A stretch of DNA of 64,000 nt from a bacterium (GTDB taxonomy: Bacteria > Patescibacteriota > Saccharimonadia > CAILAD01 > GCA-016700035), in the NCBI GenBank assembly GCA_020854115.1, contig JADZGC010000011.1, positions 5,057 to 69,056 on the forward strand. The letters run 5' to 3'. The translations under genes and the position numbers were made by a program. Below, one piece after another: positions 15,952 to 26,686 of this stretch. The first letter of the stretch is position 1; each line of letters opens with the position of its first letter. The notes beneath the pieces were generated by a model that saw only the letters and a program-made list of their open reading frames with translations, did no database searches and was not told the DNA's origin.

Positions 15952-18363
15952 ATGAGTAAGATAACAAAGCAGGCGCTCATTTTCTTTTGTTTCGTGAATG
16001 CTGTGCTTTTTATCTTTACACACCTCCCGCTCAATAAAGCTCGAGCTGTCGGTACGACACTGACAGTCAGCTCAATCAATGATGGCGACGATGCGAATGC
16101 TGGCGACGGCATCTGTGAGACGTCTACGCCGGGCGAATGCACCTTGCGGGCCGCTATTACTGAGTCAAATGCTAATACGGGCACCGATACGATTGAATTC
16201 AACATTTCGGGCGGCGGCGTGAAAACAATAGGTCTTACAGATGAATTACCCGCAATCACTGAGCAGATAGTGATCGATGGATATACACAGACTGGAGCAA
16301 GTGAGAATACTGCACAGGCGCCTTTGGCGATTAATAGTGTTATTACTATCGCAATTAATGGGAGTACACTTGGCCAGAACAAACTTGGTCTTCGGGTGGG
16401 TGGTGCGAATTCTGTCATTAAGGGCCTTTCGATATCGGGCTTTGATGCAAGTGATGGTCAGCATGGTAATTTACTGATATCGGCAAACAATGTGCAGATC
16501 AAGGGCTGCTACATCGGTGCCGATGCTAGTGGAAATGCATATGGTGCTGGTGATAACAAGGCTGGTATCGGGGTCGTAAATGCTACGGGTGTAGAAATCG
16601 GTGGGATTAATCCAGCCGATAGAAATGTTGTGATCAATAACCACCAAGACTACTCTGCTACAGCGGCAGGCATCATGGTATTACCAGGCTCAGAAGCAAT
16701 AATACAAGGGAATATTGTAGGCCTTGGAAAAGATGGTAGTACTGATTTGGGCGGGTATTATGGAATCATACTTCTCGGAAGTAACAGCCAGATTGGCGGG
16801 TCAAGTAATGGGGAGCAGAATATTGTTTCAGGAGCTCATTCTGCTCAAATCTTGCTCATTAGCTCAGGAACCGTTTCTGGCAATGTGGTGCAAGGAAATT
16901 ATGTAGGTCCTGGAGCAGGGGGTGAAATCAAGCCTAGCATAGATAGTGGCGCAGGCATTGCCTTGGTTGGGGCTGGTGGATCACTAGTCGATAATCTAAT
17001 TGGTGGAGACAACCAAGGTGAGGGGAATACGATACGAGCCGTAAAGGGGATAGGTATTGCAGTACAGGAGATGAATGATCCGGCTCCAAATAAAAACGCA
17101 ATTCTAGGAAACTCTATTTATGACATTAAGGTTAATGAATACTTTAGCGATTTTACGTCTATCAACCAAGGTATTGATCTGTTTAGGCTAACAAGTGTCA
17201 ATCCATATTCATTCTCGGCCCAAGGGGTTACAGGTAATGACATTAATGACACAGACACAGGGGCTAACGACTACATTAACTCGCCCACGCTTCGCACCGC
17301 TCAGCAGGTTAATAACACAATTACTATCACGCTCGATTTAGATGCTAGTGATAGCCCGTCAAATAGTTATCGTATCGAGTTCTTTGCTAACGATGAGGCA
17401 TCTGTTTTTGGCGCTGGACCGGGACAAGAATTTATTGGTAGCCAAGTCATAAGCCCTGGCAGCAATCAGCCAGTTGTATTGAATGTGTCTGGTAATTATA
17501 GCTTCAAGTCACTATCGGCTACTACGACAGCGATTGATAATACCACGAGCACTGGATTCGGCTCTACATCCGAATTCGCGAGAAATATTTCCATAGGTAG
17601 TGCGGAGGATACTGATGCTGATGGAATTATTAATAGTGTCGAAGATGCTGCACCAAATAGCGGCGACACGAATGACGATTCGATTGCAGATCGCTTGCAG
17701 CCAGCCATAACAGCCTTTAAGTCGGGCGACGACAGCACCTGGCAAACAGTGATGACATCTGGTTGTAGCGAAAATAGCTCCGTTTCTTCACTGGGGCCAA
17801 ACGCCTTTCCTAAGCAAGATGCAAACCATAACTATCCCTTTGGCCTGACTGATTTCACTTTGCGCTGTTCGAAGGGTGATACTGCAAATGTGACAATCTA
17901 TTATTTTACTGATCAGGGTGTTGACTCACTCCATCCACGCAAGCTCTTGACCGGTACTGAAGAGTACGTTGATTTGCCAAATGCTACCTTGCAGCAGGCG
18001 CAACTCGGTGGTCAAAATGTCCTGAAGCTCACATATAGTATCCAGGACGGCAGTGCGTTTGATGATGATGGAGGGCTCAATGGGCTAATTCATGATCCAG
18101 TTGGTCTGGCTACCAATAATGCAAACGCTACCTTGCCAACCGTTGGCGCACCCCACGTCCTCTTGCCGGTCGGCTTAGCGATACTCGTGACCTTGATCTA
18201 TGCCTACTACGACTACATGCGTCACAAGAAACCGCTAGTCGCAGAAAACCCACACATTCACTATACTTTCTGGCATCATCTGCGCGTCGTAACGCTACCA
18301 ATTATGAAATATCGGTTTTCGATCGTGGTAGAACGACGAGACTCGGCGCCGATAGCTAGCTAG
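15952..18363 (+). CDS. large surface protein with right-handed parallel beta-helix repeats and C-terminal TM anchor
   Basis: Signal peptide. Many GxNxVxGN beta-helix repeats. Asp-rich calcium-binding-like segment. Hydrophobic anchor VLLPVGLAILVTLIY near the C-terminus. ATG 15952 preferred. Confidence 0.7.
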   Translation: MSKITKQALIFFCFVNAVLFIFTHLPLNKARAVGTTLTVSSINDGDDANAGDGICETSTPGECTLRAAITESNANTGTDTIEFNISGGGVKTIGLTDELPAITEQIVIDGYTQTGASENTAQAPLAINSVITIAINGSTLGQNKLGLRVGGANSVIKGLSISGFDASDGQHGNLLISANNVQIKGCYIGADASGNAYGAGDNKAGIGVVNATGVEIGGINPADRNVVINNHQDYSATAAGIMVLPGSEAIIQGNIVGLGKDGSTDLGGYYGIILLGSNSQIGGSSNGEQNIVSGAHSAQILLISSGTVSGNVVQGNYVGPGAGGEIKPSIDSGAGIALVGAGGSLVDNLIGGDNQGEGNTIRAVKGIGIAVQEMNDPAPNKNAILGNSIYDIKVNEYFSDFTSINQGIDLFRLTSVNPYSFSAQGVTGNDINDTDTGANDYINSPTLRTAQQVNNTITITLDLDASDSPSNSYRIEFFANDEASVFGAGPGQEFIGSQVISPGSNQPVVLNVSGNYSFKSLSATTTAIDNTTSTGFGSTSEFARNISIGSAEDTDADGIINSVEDAAPNSGDTNDDSIADRLQPAITAFKSGDDSTWQTVMTSGCSENSSVSSLGPNAFPKQDANHNYPFGLTDFTLRCSKGDTANVTIYYFTDQGVDSLHPRKLLTGTEEYVDLPNATLQQAQLGGQNVLKLTYSIQDGSAFDDDGGLNGLIHDPVGLATNNANATLPTVGAPHVLLPVGLAILVTLIYAYYDYMRHKKPLVAENPHIHYTFWHHLRVVTLPIMKYRFSIVVERRDSAPIAS

Positions 18364-18406
18364 GCTTTGCACCAAGTAACCTTCAGGCCGTACAATAGTA
18401 GCTAGT

Positions 18407-19729
18407 ATGCTTGAGCGTTTTGTACAACAGCTAGAGGAGCGTGATTTGCTGCCCGCGCACAAAACATATATCGTCGCCGTTTCTGGCGGGGTAGATTCGA
18501 TGGTCTTGCTTGATCTTTTATCGCGTTTGGCGCCAAACTGGGGGTGGATGCTCATTGTGGCCCACCTAGATCATGCGCAGCGACCAGGATCAGATCAGGT
18601 AGCGATGTATGTCGGGGCTACGGCCGATCAATATGGACATAAATTTGTGACCAATCGACTGCGTGCGGCTGCCTTGAGTGAAAGCGCCATGCGTGATAGG
18701 CGTTATGCCTGGCTTCGCGAAATGCAGAAGGCACATGATGCCCTAGCGATTGTTACGGCGCATCATGCCAATGATCGGCTCGAGACGGCGATTTGGCATG
18801 CGATTCGTGGAAGTGGTCGGCATGGATTGACCAGCTTGCGAGCAAGACATACCGACATCATTCGACCAATTATGGCATTTCGCAGAGGAGACATCCTGCT
18901 TTATGCGCATCAGCGCGACTTACAGTGGCGAGAAGATCCATCTAATGCCGACACTGCATACACGCGCAATCTGATCCGTCACGAGCTGTTGGGTCAAGTG
19001 CCGCAGTGGGATCCTTATTATCATCATAATCTTACGAACTGGCTGAATCATCTTGAGGCAGTCAACCGGCGAGTAGATAACTTGCTTGACCAGGTATTGG
19101 ATCAGGTCGGTAGCGAGCATGGTACGGGCTATAGTTTTCGACTAGCTGCCTTACAGCAACTTACTTCACCAGTACTCACAGAGCTATTGGCGTATGTTGC
19201 ACGCCGATTACATGCCGGAAAAGGTCTTACGCAGCGCAATCTTCGAGCGGCTGAGCAATGGGTGCGTACTGCCCCGACCGGCAGCTTTACGGAGGCTTTG
19301 CCTGGCTTGATGCTGACCCGAGAATATGATAGAGTGAACCTCGTTGTCAGTACTGCGCCGGTTGATATTGAGCTTATCGATGACCACTTACCGCTCATGG
19401 CGCAAAAACCTGTCGCATTTGGTCGATTCATCCTACACATGATGCCAAGTCATCGAGCAGATGATGAAGCTTATCACTTAGCTGCTGGTGAATATTATGT
19501 CCGTCGTTGGCAAGCTGGTGATAGAGTACAGCCTTTAGGCATGGCCGGCTCGAAAAAAGTACAGGACATTTTTGTTGATAATAAAGTGCCACGAAGTGAT
19601 CGATTGGTGTGGCCGCTGATTGTTTCGACTACAAACGATATCGCGCTCATCCCGGGTCTTGTACGTGATCGACGATACGCGGTTGTGCCGGACAAAGATA
19701 CGTTGGCAGTAGCAGTGAAAGGGGTATAA
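18407..19729 (+). CDS. tilS: tRNA(Ile)-lysidine synthetase
   Basis: PP-loop SGGVDS near the N-terminus. TilS C-terminal domain. Directly precedes ftsH, as in many bacteria. Confidence 0.85.
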   Translation: MLERFVQQLEERDLLPAHKTYIVAVSGGVDSMVLLDLLSRLAPNWGWMLIVAHLDHAQRPGSDQVAMYVGATADQYGHKFVTNRLRAAALSESAMRDRRYAWLREMQKAHDALAIVTAHHANDRLETAIWHAIRGSGRHGLTSLRARHTDIIRPIMAFRRGDILLYAHQRDLQWREDPSNADTAYTRNLIRHELLGQVPQWDPYYHHNLTNWLNHLEAVNRRVDNLLDQVLDQVGSEHGTGYSFRLAALQQLTSPVLTELLAYVARRLHAGKGLTQRNLRAAEQWVRTAPTGSFTEALPGLMLTREYDRVNLVVSTAPVDIELIDDHLPLMAQKPVAFGRFILHMMPSHRADDEAYHLAAGEYYVRRWQAGDRVQPLGMAGSKKVQDIFVDNKVPRSDRLVWPLIVSTTNDIALIPGLVRDRRYAVVPDKDTLAVAVKGV

Positions 19730-21586
19730 ATGATGCAATTCTTGAAGCGCATTCCACGTAACACGTGGTATATCATTATCGCACTCGTCGTGCTGGTCAT
19801 GCTGGGAATAGTTGGTGACGGTACTCAATCGAAGCCACAATCCGTCTCGATTTCAAAAGTTATCGAACAGGTGAATCAAGGACAAGTTGATAAGATTGAG
19901 TTGAATGGCGATAAGCTAACGATCTTCCTTAAGGGGGGAGGGAAGCAGGAGGCTTTTAAAGAAAGCTCAGCATCACTCAAAGATTATGGGGTTGATTATT
20001 CTAAGGTTACCGTCGAGCCCAAAAATCCGGATGATGGCTCAAGTCGTTGGCTAGATGCTGTCTTTACTTTCTTGCCGGTCGTGATGATCATTGGGTTCTT
20101 CTGGTTTGTCATGCGTCAGGCGCAAGGTCAGAATAATGCAGCTATGAGCTTCGGCAGATCCAAAGCGCGCGTAGCTGGTATCGAGAAAGAAAAAGTAACT
20201 TTTACAGAAGTGGCTGGTGCGAACGAAGCCAAGCAAGAGCTGTCAGAGATCGTGGAATTCTTGAAGTGGCCACAGAAGTTTGAAGCGCTCGGCGCCAAGA
20301 TTCCGAAGGGGGTGCTGTTGTTTGGCTCGCCGGGTACTGGTAAAACACTTCTGGCGCGAGCTGTCGCCGGTGAGGCTGGCGTCCCGTTCTTCTCTATTTC
20401 CGGCTCGGAGTTTGTCGAAATGTTTGTTGGCGTTGGTGCAAGTCGTGTGCGAGATCTGTTTGCGAAGGCTAAGAAAAACTCACCGTGTATTATATTTATT
20501 GATGAAATTGATGCGGTTGGACGCCAGCGTGGTACCGGCCTGGGTGGCGGTCATGATGAACGCGAACAAACACTCAACCAGATTTTGGTAGAGATGGACG
20601 GGTTTGAGCAGGGTACAAACGTGATCGTGATGGCTGCGACTAACCGACCGGATGTACTAGATCCAGCTCTTTTGCGACCAGGTCGTTTTGACCGCCGTGT
20701 GACGATTGACTTGCCGGACATGAATCAGCGCGCAGAAATTCTCGAAGTGCATACCAAGCAAAAACCGCTTGATAGTTCAGTAGACCTGATGGAGATTGCT
20801 CGCAAAACACCAGGCGTGTCGGGTGCTGACTTGGCAAACATTACGAACGAGGCTGCGATTTTTGCGGCTCGCCAGGATCGCAAGAAGATCCAGCAGTCTG
20901 ACTTCCATGAAGCTGTTGAGAAAGTTGCCCTTGGTCCGGAGCGCAAGAGCCATGTGCTCAATGATACCGAGAAGAAAATCACCGCCTATCACGAAGCCGG
21001 TCATGCACTGTTGTCACACTTGCTTCCTAACTGCAACCCAGTACATAAGGTGTCAATCGTATCACGTGGCATGGCTGGTGGTGTGACGTGGAGCTTGCCA
21101 ATCGAGGATAAGCATATGCATTCGGTGGCTGACTTCTTAGACGATATCACGATGAGTCTTGGTGGTCGCACGGCTGAGAAGATCATCTTCGGTGACATCA
21201 CGACCGGTGCCGAGTCTGACCTCAAGCACGCGAACGGCTTAGCTCGCCGCATGATAACCGAATATGGTATGGGCGTAACACTTACCAACCAAGTTTTCGG
21301 ACACCCTGAAGGCTCGGTGTTCTTAGGCAAATCATTCTCCGAGGGGAGGAATTACTCAGAGCAAACTCAAGATAAGATTGACGACGAAGTTCAGAAGATT
21401 ATCATTGATGCCTCGAAGCGCGCCGAAGAGACAATTGCCAAGCATCGCAAGAAACTCGATTTGATTGCCGAGAAACTAATGAAAGAGGAGACTATTGAAG
21501 GCCCAGAATTCGCGAAACTCTTTGAGTCACTTGAGAAGAAAAAGAAGGACCCAAAGGGAGTAGCTGCGGTGGAGGGTGAAGTTTAG
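19730..21586 (+). CDS. ftsH: ATP-dependent zinc metalloprotease FtsH
   Basis: Two N-terminal TM helices, AAA+ Walker [19 protein letters not shown] zinc motif. Start overlaps the tilS stop. Confidence 0.95.
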   Translation: MMQFLKRIPRNTWYIIIALVVLVMLGIVGDGTQSKPQSVSISKVIEQVNQGQVDKIELNGDKLTIFLKGGGKQEAFKESSASLKDYGVDYSKVTVEPKNPDDGSSRWLDAVFTFLPVVMIIGFFWFVMRQAQGQNNAAMSFGRSKARVAGIEKEKVTFTEVAGANEAKQELSEIVEFLKWPQKFEALGAKIPKGVLLFGSPGTGKTLLARAVAGEAGVPFFSISGSEFVEMFVGVGASRVRDLFAKAKKNSPCIIFIDEIDAVGRQRGTGLGGGHDEREQTLNQILVEMDGFEQGTNVIVMAATNRPDVLDPALLRPGRFDRRVTIDLPDMNQRAEILEVHTKQKPLDSSVDLMEIARKTPGVSGADLANITNEAAIFAARQDRKKIQQSDFHEAVEKVALGPERKSHVLNDTEKKITAYHEAGHALLSHLLPNCNPVHKVSIVSRGMAGGVTWSLPIEDKHMHSVADFLDDITMSLGGRTAEKIIFGDITTGAESDLKHANGLARRMITEYGMGVTLTNQVFGHPEGSVFLGKSFSEGRNYSEQTQDKIDDEVQKIIIDASKRAEETIAKHRKKLDLIAEKLMKEETIEGPEFAKLFESLEKKKKDPKGVAAVEGEV

Positions 21587-21676
21587 GATCATCGCAGATT
21601 CTTCGGAGAAACGCTAGCCGACCCGAGATGATCGAGGTACAATAGTAAGGAAAGTGCATGAGATTCATGCGAGAGG

Positions 21677-21718
21677 TTGGTCGCCAGTCACTGTGCGTGA
21701 CGTATAAAGGGCGACCAA
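21677..21718 (+). other. nested hairpin in the ftsH-murJ spacer
   Basis: TTGGTCGCC ... GGCGACCAA 9-bp arms enclose GTCAC-TGTGC-GTGAC. No U-tract. Confidence 0.3.
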
Positions 21719-21783
21719 TCTTCGTATGAGCTAAAAAACTTATGCTCACACGGTATCTTTGTGTGCGCTTCCAAAGAAAAACT

Positions 21784-23388
21784 ATGAGAAACTCCGTCAA
21801 AGCCATCATCAATCGCATCAATAAGCAGCGCTCTATTTCTATGGCGGCGCTGCTTATCTCGCTGTCGTATCTGACGAGTCGATTACTCGGTCTGGTACGA
21901 GATCGATTATTGGCTTCAAACTTTGGCTTGTCTGCTCAGACAGATGCGTATTCGGCTGCGTTTAGGATCCCAGACCTATTATTTACTTTGTTAGTGTCTG
22001 GTGCTTTCGCAGTGTCGTTTATTCCGGTTTTCGTCGGCTACATCGAGCGCAAGAAAATTGACGAAGCCTGGGAAGTTGCGAGTATTGTACTCAATCTCAT
22101 CATTATCCTCACCATTATTCTAGGTCTAGCGACCTTCATTTGGACTGAGCCGCTGGTGCGTATCATTGCTCCGGGATTTGATCCTGAACGGTTTCACCTG
22201 ACTGTCAATCTGACGCGCATTATGCTGGTCACGCCTTTATTGTTTGGGATATCGTCTGTACTGGGGGCGATCCAGCAGTCGTTTCAGCGTTTTATTCTTT
22301 TCGCGCTGGCGAGCGTGTTTTATAACGTCGGTATCATAATAGGAATTGTATTTTTTGAGCAGTTTTTTCAGACTCCAATATATGGCGTCGCGTATGGTGT
22401 GGTTGCGGGCACGGCGCTGCAAGCCATTATGCAGTTCATTGGCATTATAGGTCTTGGTTTTCGTTATCATTTGTCCGTGAAATTGTGGCACCCAGCAGTA
22501 ATGCGAATATTCAAACTGATGGTACCTCGGTCGCTCGATCTCGGCCTCGAACAGATCAATACAATAGTCGTCACTGCGATTGGTTCACAGCTTGCGGCAG
22601 GGTCACTGACTAGTTACTACTACGCGAATAATCTCAAGAATGTGCCCCTCGGCTTGTTTGGTGGAGCTATCTCCACGGCGGTCTTTCCGTCGTTGATCCG
22701 GGCGGCGAAGTCAAAAAATAAATCACGATTGCCATCGCAAATTGTGCAAACGATTCGTTTCGTGCTCTTTTTTGTGCTGCCGTCGGCTGCGATCGCGATC
22801 ATTATGCGCGGATATATCGTTCGCTTGTTGTTGGGCTTTGGTGATCAAACGACTGCAGATGTGCTGGGCTGGCTAGCCGCGGTGATTGTATCGCAAAGCG
22901 TGTTCTTTATTGTGGCTCGTATTTTTTATGCGCTTGAAGACACTAAGACGCCGCTCTATACGAGCTTGGCAACCTTTGGCTTCAATATTATTCTTTGTTA
23001 CATTTTGTCTGCTGAGTATGGGGTGCTTGGGCTCGCCATGTCATTGTCGACTGTCACAACACTGGAGCTGATCATCTTGCTACTCTTACTGCGCCGAAAG
23101 ATCGGTAGCTTTGGTTTACGCAACATCATTCAGGGTGGAGTACGTATGGTTATGGCGTCGATCGCCATGGCGGGGGTGATGTACATATTGATCACGAATT
23201 ACTTCCCATTATTCCGTGATGAGCGTGGCTGGCGAGTGCTTGGACCGAAGTTCCTCATCGTTTCGCTTGTCGGACTCGGAGCGTACTTATTGGTTTGCTG
23301 GCTCCTGCGCTTGGATGAAATACGGACGGTCGTGCGCTATACTCAGCGTAGGTATTTGAATCGCTTGCGTCGGAATATTGGTGCCTAA
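21784..23388 (+). CDS. murJ: lipid II flippase MurJ (MviN family)
   Basis: Polytopic membrane protein. N-terminal SRLLGLVRDRLLASNFG motif typical of MurJ. Confidence 0.85.
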   Translation: MRNSVKAIINRINKQRSISMAALLISLSYLTSRLLGLVRDRLLASNFGLSAQTDAYSAAFRIPDLLFTLLVSGAFAVSFIPVFVGYIERKKIDEAWEVASIVLNLIIILTIILGLATFIWTEPLVRIIAPGFDPERFHLTVNLTRIMLVTPLLFGISSVLGAIQQSFQRFILFALASVFYNVGIIIGIVFFEQFFQTPIYGVAYGVVAGTALQAIMQFIGIIGLGFRYHLSVKLWHPAVMRIFKLMVPRSLDLGLEQINTIVVTAIGSQLAAGSLTSYYYANNLKNVPLGLFGGAISTAVFPSLIRAAKSKNKSRLPSQIVQTIRFVLFFVLPSAAIAIIMRGYIVRLLLGFGDQTTADVLGWLAAVIVSQSVFFIVARIFYALEDTKTPLYTSLATFGFNIILCYILSAEYGVLGLAMSLSTVTTLELIILLLLLRRKIGSFGLRNIIQGGVRMVMASIAMAGVMYILITNYFPLFRDERGWRVLGPKFLIVSLVGLGAYLLVCWLLRLDEIRTVVRYTQRRYLNRLRRNIGA

Positions 23389-23396
23389 GGGGGCTT

Positions 23397-25175
23397 ATGA
23401 AGAATATTAGAAACTTTTGTATAATTGCCCATATTGATCATGGGAAGTCGACCCTGGCTGACCGCCTGCTTGAAGAGACGGGTACTGTCGCGGGTCGAGA
23501 CATGCGTGCGCAGTTGCTCGATACAATGGAACTCGAGCAGGAGAAGGGTATCACCATTAAGCTCCAGCCGGCGCGGATGCAGTGGAAGGATCATGAGCTC
23601 AATCTAATTGATACGCCTGGGCACGTTGACTTTAGTTATGAGGTCAGTCGATCGCTTGAGGCTGTCGAAGGTGCGATCTTGGTCGTCGATGCAACGCAGG
23701 GGATACAGGCTCAAACACTCGCAAATGTATACATGGCCATCGAAGCTGGGCTCAAGATTATTCCGGTTGCAAATAAGATCGATCTACCTGCTGCCGAGCC
23801 AGATCGCGTGGCTGCCGAGATTGGACAGTTGCTCGGTGTTGAGCCGTCGACAGTCAGTAAGATCTCCGCCAAAACGGGCGAGGGTATTCACGAGCTGCTC
23901 GATCGACTGGTGGATGAAGTGCCAGCACCAAAAGGTGACGTAGATGCGCCGACGCAAGCACTTGTCTTTGACTCGCTTTACGACGGCTATCGTGGCGTTA
24001 TTCTCTATGTACGCATCATGAATGGACAGATTAAGAAGAACCAAGAAATACGCTTGATCCAATCCGGAAGCGCGTCATTGGCGCTCGAGGTTGGGCACTT
24101 CACTCCGGCTCGCGTCGAAGATCCGGCACTGACTACCGGACAAGTAGGGTTTATTACGACCAATATTAAGTCGGTGCAGTTCGCTCGCGTCGGCGATACG
24201 GTGACGCTTGGTTTGACCCCGAAGACTGAGGCTCTGCCGGGATACAAAAAAGTCCAGCCGCTGATTTTTGCTAGTCTCTACCCAACGAGCCAAGAAGAAT
24301 ATCCGAAGCTCAAAGATTCGCTTGAAAAGCTGGCACTGAGTGATGCGTCGCTGACGTTTACGACCGAAAACTCAGCAGCGCTCGGGTTTGGTATGCGCAT
24401 TGGTTTTCTCGGACTCTTACATCTCGAGATTATCAAGGAGCGTCTGGAGCGAGAGTTTGATCTTGATTTGATCGTGACGAGTCCAAGTGTGAGCTATAAG
24501 GTGAAGCTTACGAATGGGGATGAGCTGACGATTGAGCAGGCGAGCGCACTGCCAGATGCGAGCGCTATTGATTCGATCGCTGAGCCTTGGGTGAAGGGCG
24601 AAGTTGTGACGCCAGCAGAGTATATTGGCGGCATCCTGCAGCTTGTTATCGATGCGCGTGGGCGGCAGACGAAGCTAGAATATCTTGATCCGACACGTGC
24701 TGTGGTTGGCTTTACGGCACCGCTGGCGGAGATTATTACCGACTTCTATGATGACCTGAAGAGTCAGACATCGGGTTTTGCGAGCTTAAGTTATGAGTGG
24801 GACGAATATCATGAGGGTGATCTGGTGCGCGTTGATATCTTGCTTGCCGGTGAGCGAGTTGACTCGCTGGGTGCAATCGTGGCGCGCTCGAAGTCAGAGG
24901 TGTTTGGTCGCAAACTATGCGAACGGCTCAAAGAACTCATTCCGCGCCAAAACTTCGAAGTGGCGGTGCAGGCAGCGATTGGTGCGAAGTTTATTGCTCG
25001 CGAAAACATCTCGGCGCTGCGTAAGGATGTGACCGCCAAGCTCTATGGAGGTGACGTATCACGTAAGAAGAAACTCTTGGAGAAGCAGAAGAAAGGTAAG
25101 GCACGCATGAAGCAGATTGGAAAAGTTTCGATCCCGAGTGATGTGTTTATGCAACTTATTAAGAAGGGTGACTAG
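23397..25175 (+). CDS. lepA: elongation factor 4 (LepA)
   Basis: GTPase G1 AHIDHGKST, DTPGH, NKID motifs. LepA-specific C-terminal domain. Confidence 0.95.
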   Translation: MKNIRNFCIIAHIDHGKSTLADRLLEETGTVAGRDMRAQLLDTMELEQEKGITIKLQPARMQWKDHELNLIDTPGHVDFSYEVSRSLEAVEGAILVVDATQGIQAQTLANVYMAIEAGLKIIPVANKIDLPAAEPDRVAAEIGQLLGVEPSTVSKISAKTGEGIHELLDRLVDEVPAPKGDVDAPTQALVFDSLYDGYRGVILYVRIMNGQIKKNQEIRLIQSGSASLALEVGHFTPARVEDPALTTGQVGFITTNIKSVQFARVGDTVTLGLTPKTEALPGYKKVQPLIFASLYPTSQEEYPKLKDSLEKLALSDASLTFTTENSAALGFGMRIGFLGLLHLEIIKERLEREFDLDLIVTSPSVSYKVKLTNGDELTIEQASALPDASAIDSIAEPWVKGEVVTPAEYIGGILQLVIDARGRQTKLEYLDPTRAVVGFTAPLAEIITDFYDDLKSQTSGFASLSYEWDEYHEGDLVRVDILLAGERVDSLGAIVARSKSEVFGRKLCERLKELIPRQNFEVAVQAAIGAKFIARENISALRKDVTAKLYGGDVSRKKKLLEKQKKGKARMKQIGKVSIPSDVFMQLIKKGD

Positions 25176-25177
25176 AT

Positions 25178-25702
25178 ATGAAAGTACGTATCGCACTCTT
25201 GCCTAAGTCCGAACAAAGTGAGCGGCTTACGCAATATTCGCAAGCACTTCCGATGAAGGGGGACGGCTATCGTCTTGATGCGGATCATTTGCCGCACATT
25301 ACACTTGTTGCCTGGGAGGTTGATGGTGCGGCCAGCGCTGAAGAAGTTTGGCACTTGCTCGATGATGTATTTTTACCTGAAGTACATTGCGCAGTCGAGG
25401 GGATAGTATACGAAAATGAAGGCGCAAATGGCGGTTACATTATGGCTCGTATCGAAGGGCCCGATGAGCTGAAGGCATTCACTAGAACTGTACACGAGGC
25501 AATAACTTCGAAGGTCGGTCAGACTGATCTCGACAAATATACACAACGTACGCCTCATCTCACTATTGGCGTAGATATGCTGGGTGTGTCGGAGCTCCCG
25601 CCGTCACCGATAAAAGCTTTAGAATTTGATCGCATTGCGCTGGTTGAGTCAGGGGGTTTCGGCGCTGCGACCCGGATTATTTACGAGCAGCCATTGGCGT
25701 AA
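25178..25702 (+). CDS. 2H phosphoesterase family protein (LigT-like RNA 2',3'-cyclic phosphodiesterase)
   Basis: Two H-x-T motifs (HITL, HLTI) about 80 aa apart. Confidence 0.7.
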   Translation: MKVRIALLPKSEQSERLTQYSQALPMKGDGYRLDADHLPHITLVAWEVDGAASAEEVWHLLDDVFLPEVHCAVEGIVYENEGANGGYIMARIEGPDELKAFTRTVHEAITSKVGQTDLDKYTQRTPHLTIGVDMLGVSELPPSPIKALEFDRIALVESGGFGAATRIIYEQPLA

Positions 25703-25746
25703 TCTCTCTAAGCGAGTAGACTCATAGTCATAAGAGGAATCTACGT

Positions 25747-26472
25747 ATGTTTTCAATAAAGAATACTCATCGCTATAAACCGTACGGCGAGGCATCAATG
25801 CTTATAATCATTGTACTTATACTAATAATAATTGGCCTGGTCGTCTGGTATGCCTTTTGGGGTAAGCCAAAAGCTGCCGCACCTTCGACGGATCCGGCGG
25901 CTGGCGTAATGGCAACTCCGACTTCAGGCCCATACTCCGGTTGGAAGAGCATGACTCTCAAGTATGAAAAGTTTAGCCTCAAGTATCCGGCTGATTGGAA
26001 AGTCGTTGATACTTCGGCGGTTGATCCAAGCATAGGCAGTTACGATAAGGTGACTCTGACATCGCCGGACGGGTTTGCTGTCACTGTGCGTACGAATGTC
26101 TGGGGGATTGGCGGGTCATGTGAAGACTGTAAGGCATTTGAAACTACGTATACCACAATTCTTGGAGAGAAGACAGGCGTGAGCATTTTTGGTACCTCTC
26201 AGGGCGCAAGTGGTATCGGTGCTATGCGAGCCGATCTCGATGGGCAGACTATATATGAATGCATCGGCCTTTGTACGCTGCCCGGTAAGAATAGTACAAA
26301 CAAATTAAACAACAATCAGCCGGGACTCATTATGGCTACGGGCGGCTACCCGCTGTCTGAAGCGGACGCTATCAAGCTGGGATCGACTAGTAAGTTCATG
26401 GGCTATGACACCTTCAAGAATGATCCAAATGTTGCAACAGCTCGTAAGATTTTCGAGTCGTTTAGCTACTAG
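25747..26472 (+). CDS. hypothetical secreted/membrane-anchored protein
   Basis: N-terminal TM (MLIIIVLILIIIGLVVWYAFWG). No recognisable family. Confidence 0.5.
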   Translation: MFSIKNTHRYKPYGEASMLIIIVLILIIIGLVVWYAFWGKPKAAAPSTDPAAGVMATPTSGPYSGWKSMTLKYEKFSLKYPADWKVVDTSAVDPSIGSYDKVTLTSPDGFAVTVRTNVWGIGGSCEDCKAFETTYTTILGEKTGVSIFGTSQGASGIGAMRADLDGQTIYECIGLCTLPGKNSTNKLNNNQPGLIMATGGYPLSEADAIKLGSTSKFMGYDTFKNDPNVATARKIFESFSY

Positions 26473-26686
26473 TCCATCATTCTGCTCCATGCTTGCGCGC
26501 AAATTGCTTGAGCTCGCACAATAGAAAGAATATGAAAATTCGCTGGCTCTTTTTGGCTGCGCTTTGCTTACTGTATTACACCTATGTACGTGATACAGCT
26601 GATCTTGCAATGATACGCTTATCAAATCTCCAGCAAATGTACGCCAATTCGCTTGCAAGCTATAACGAACCAATCGGCACGCTACC

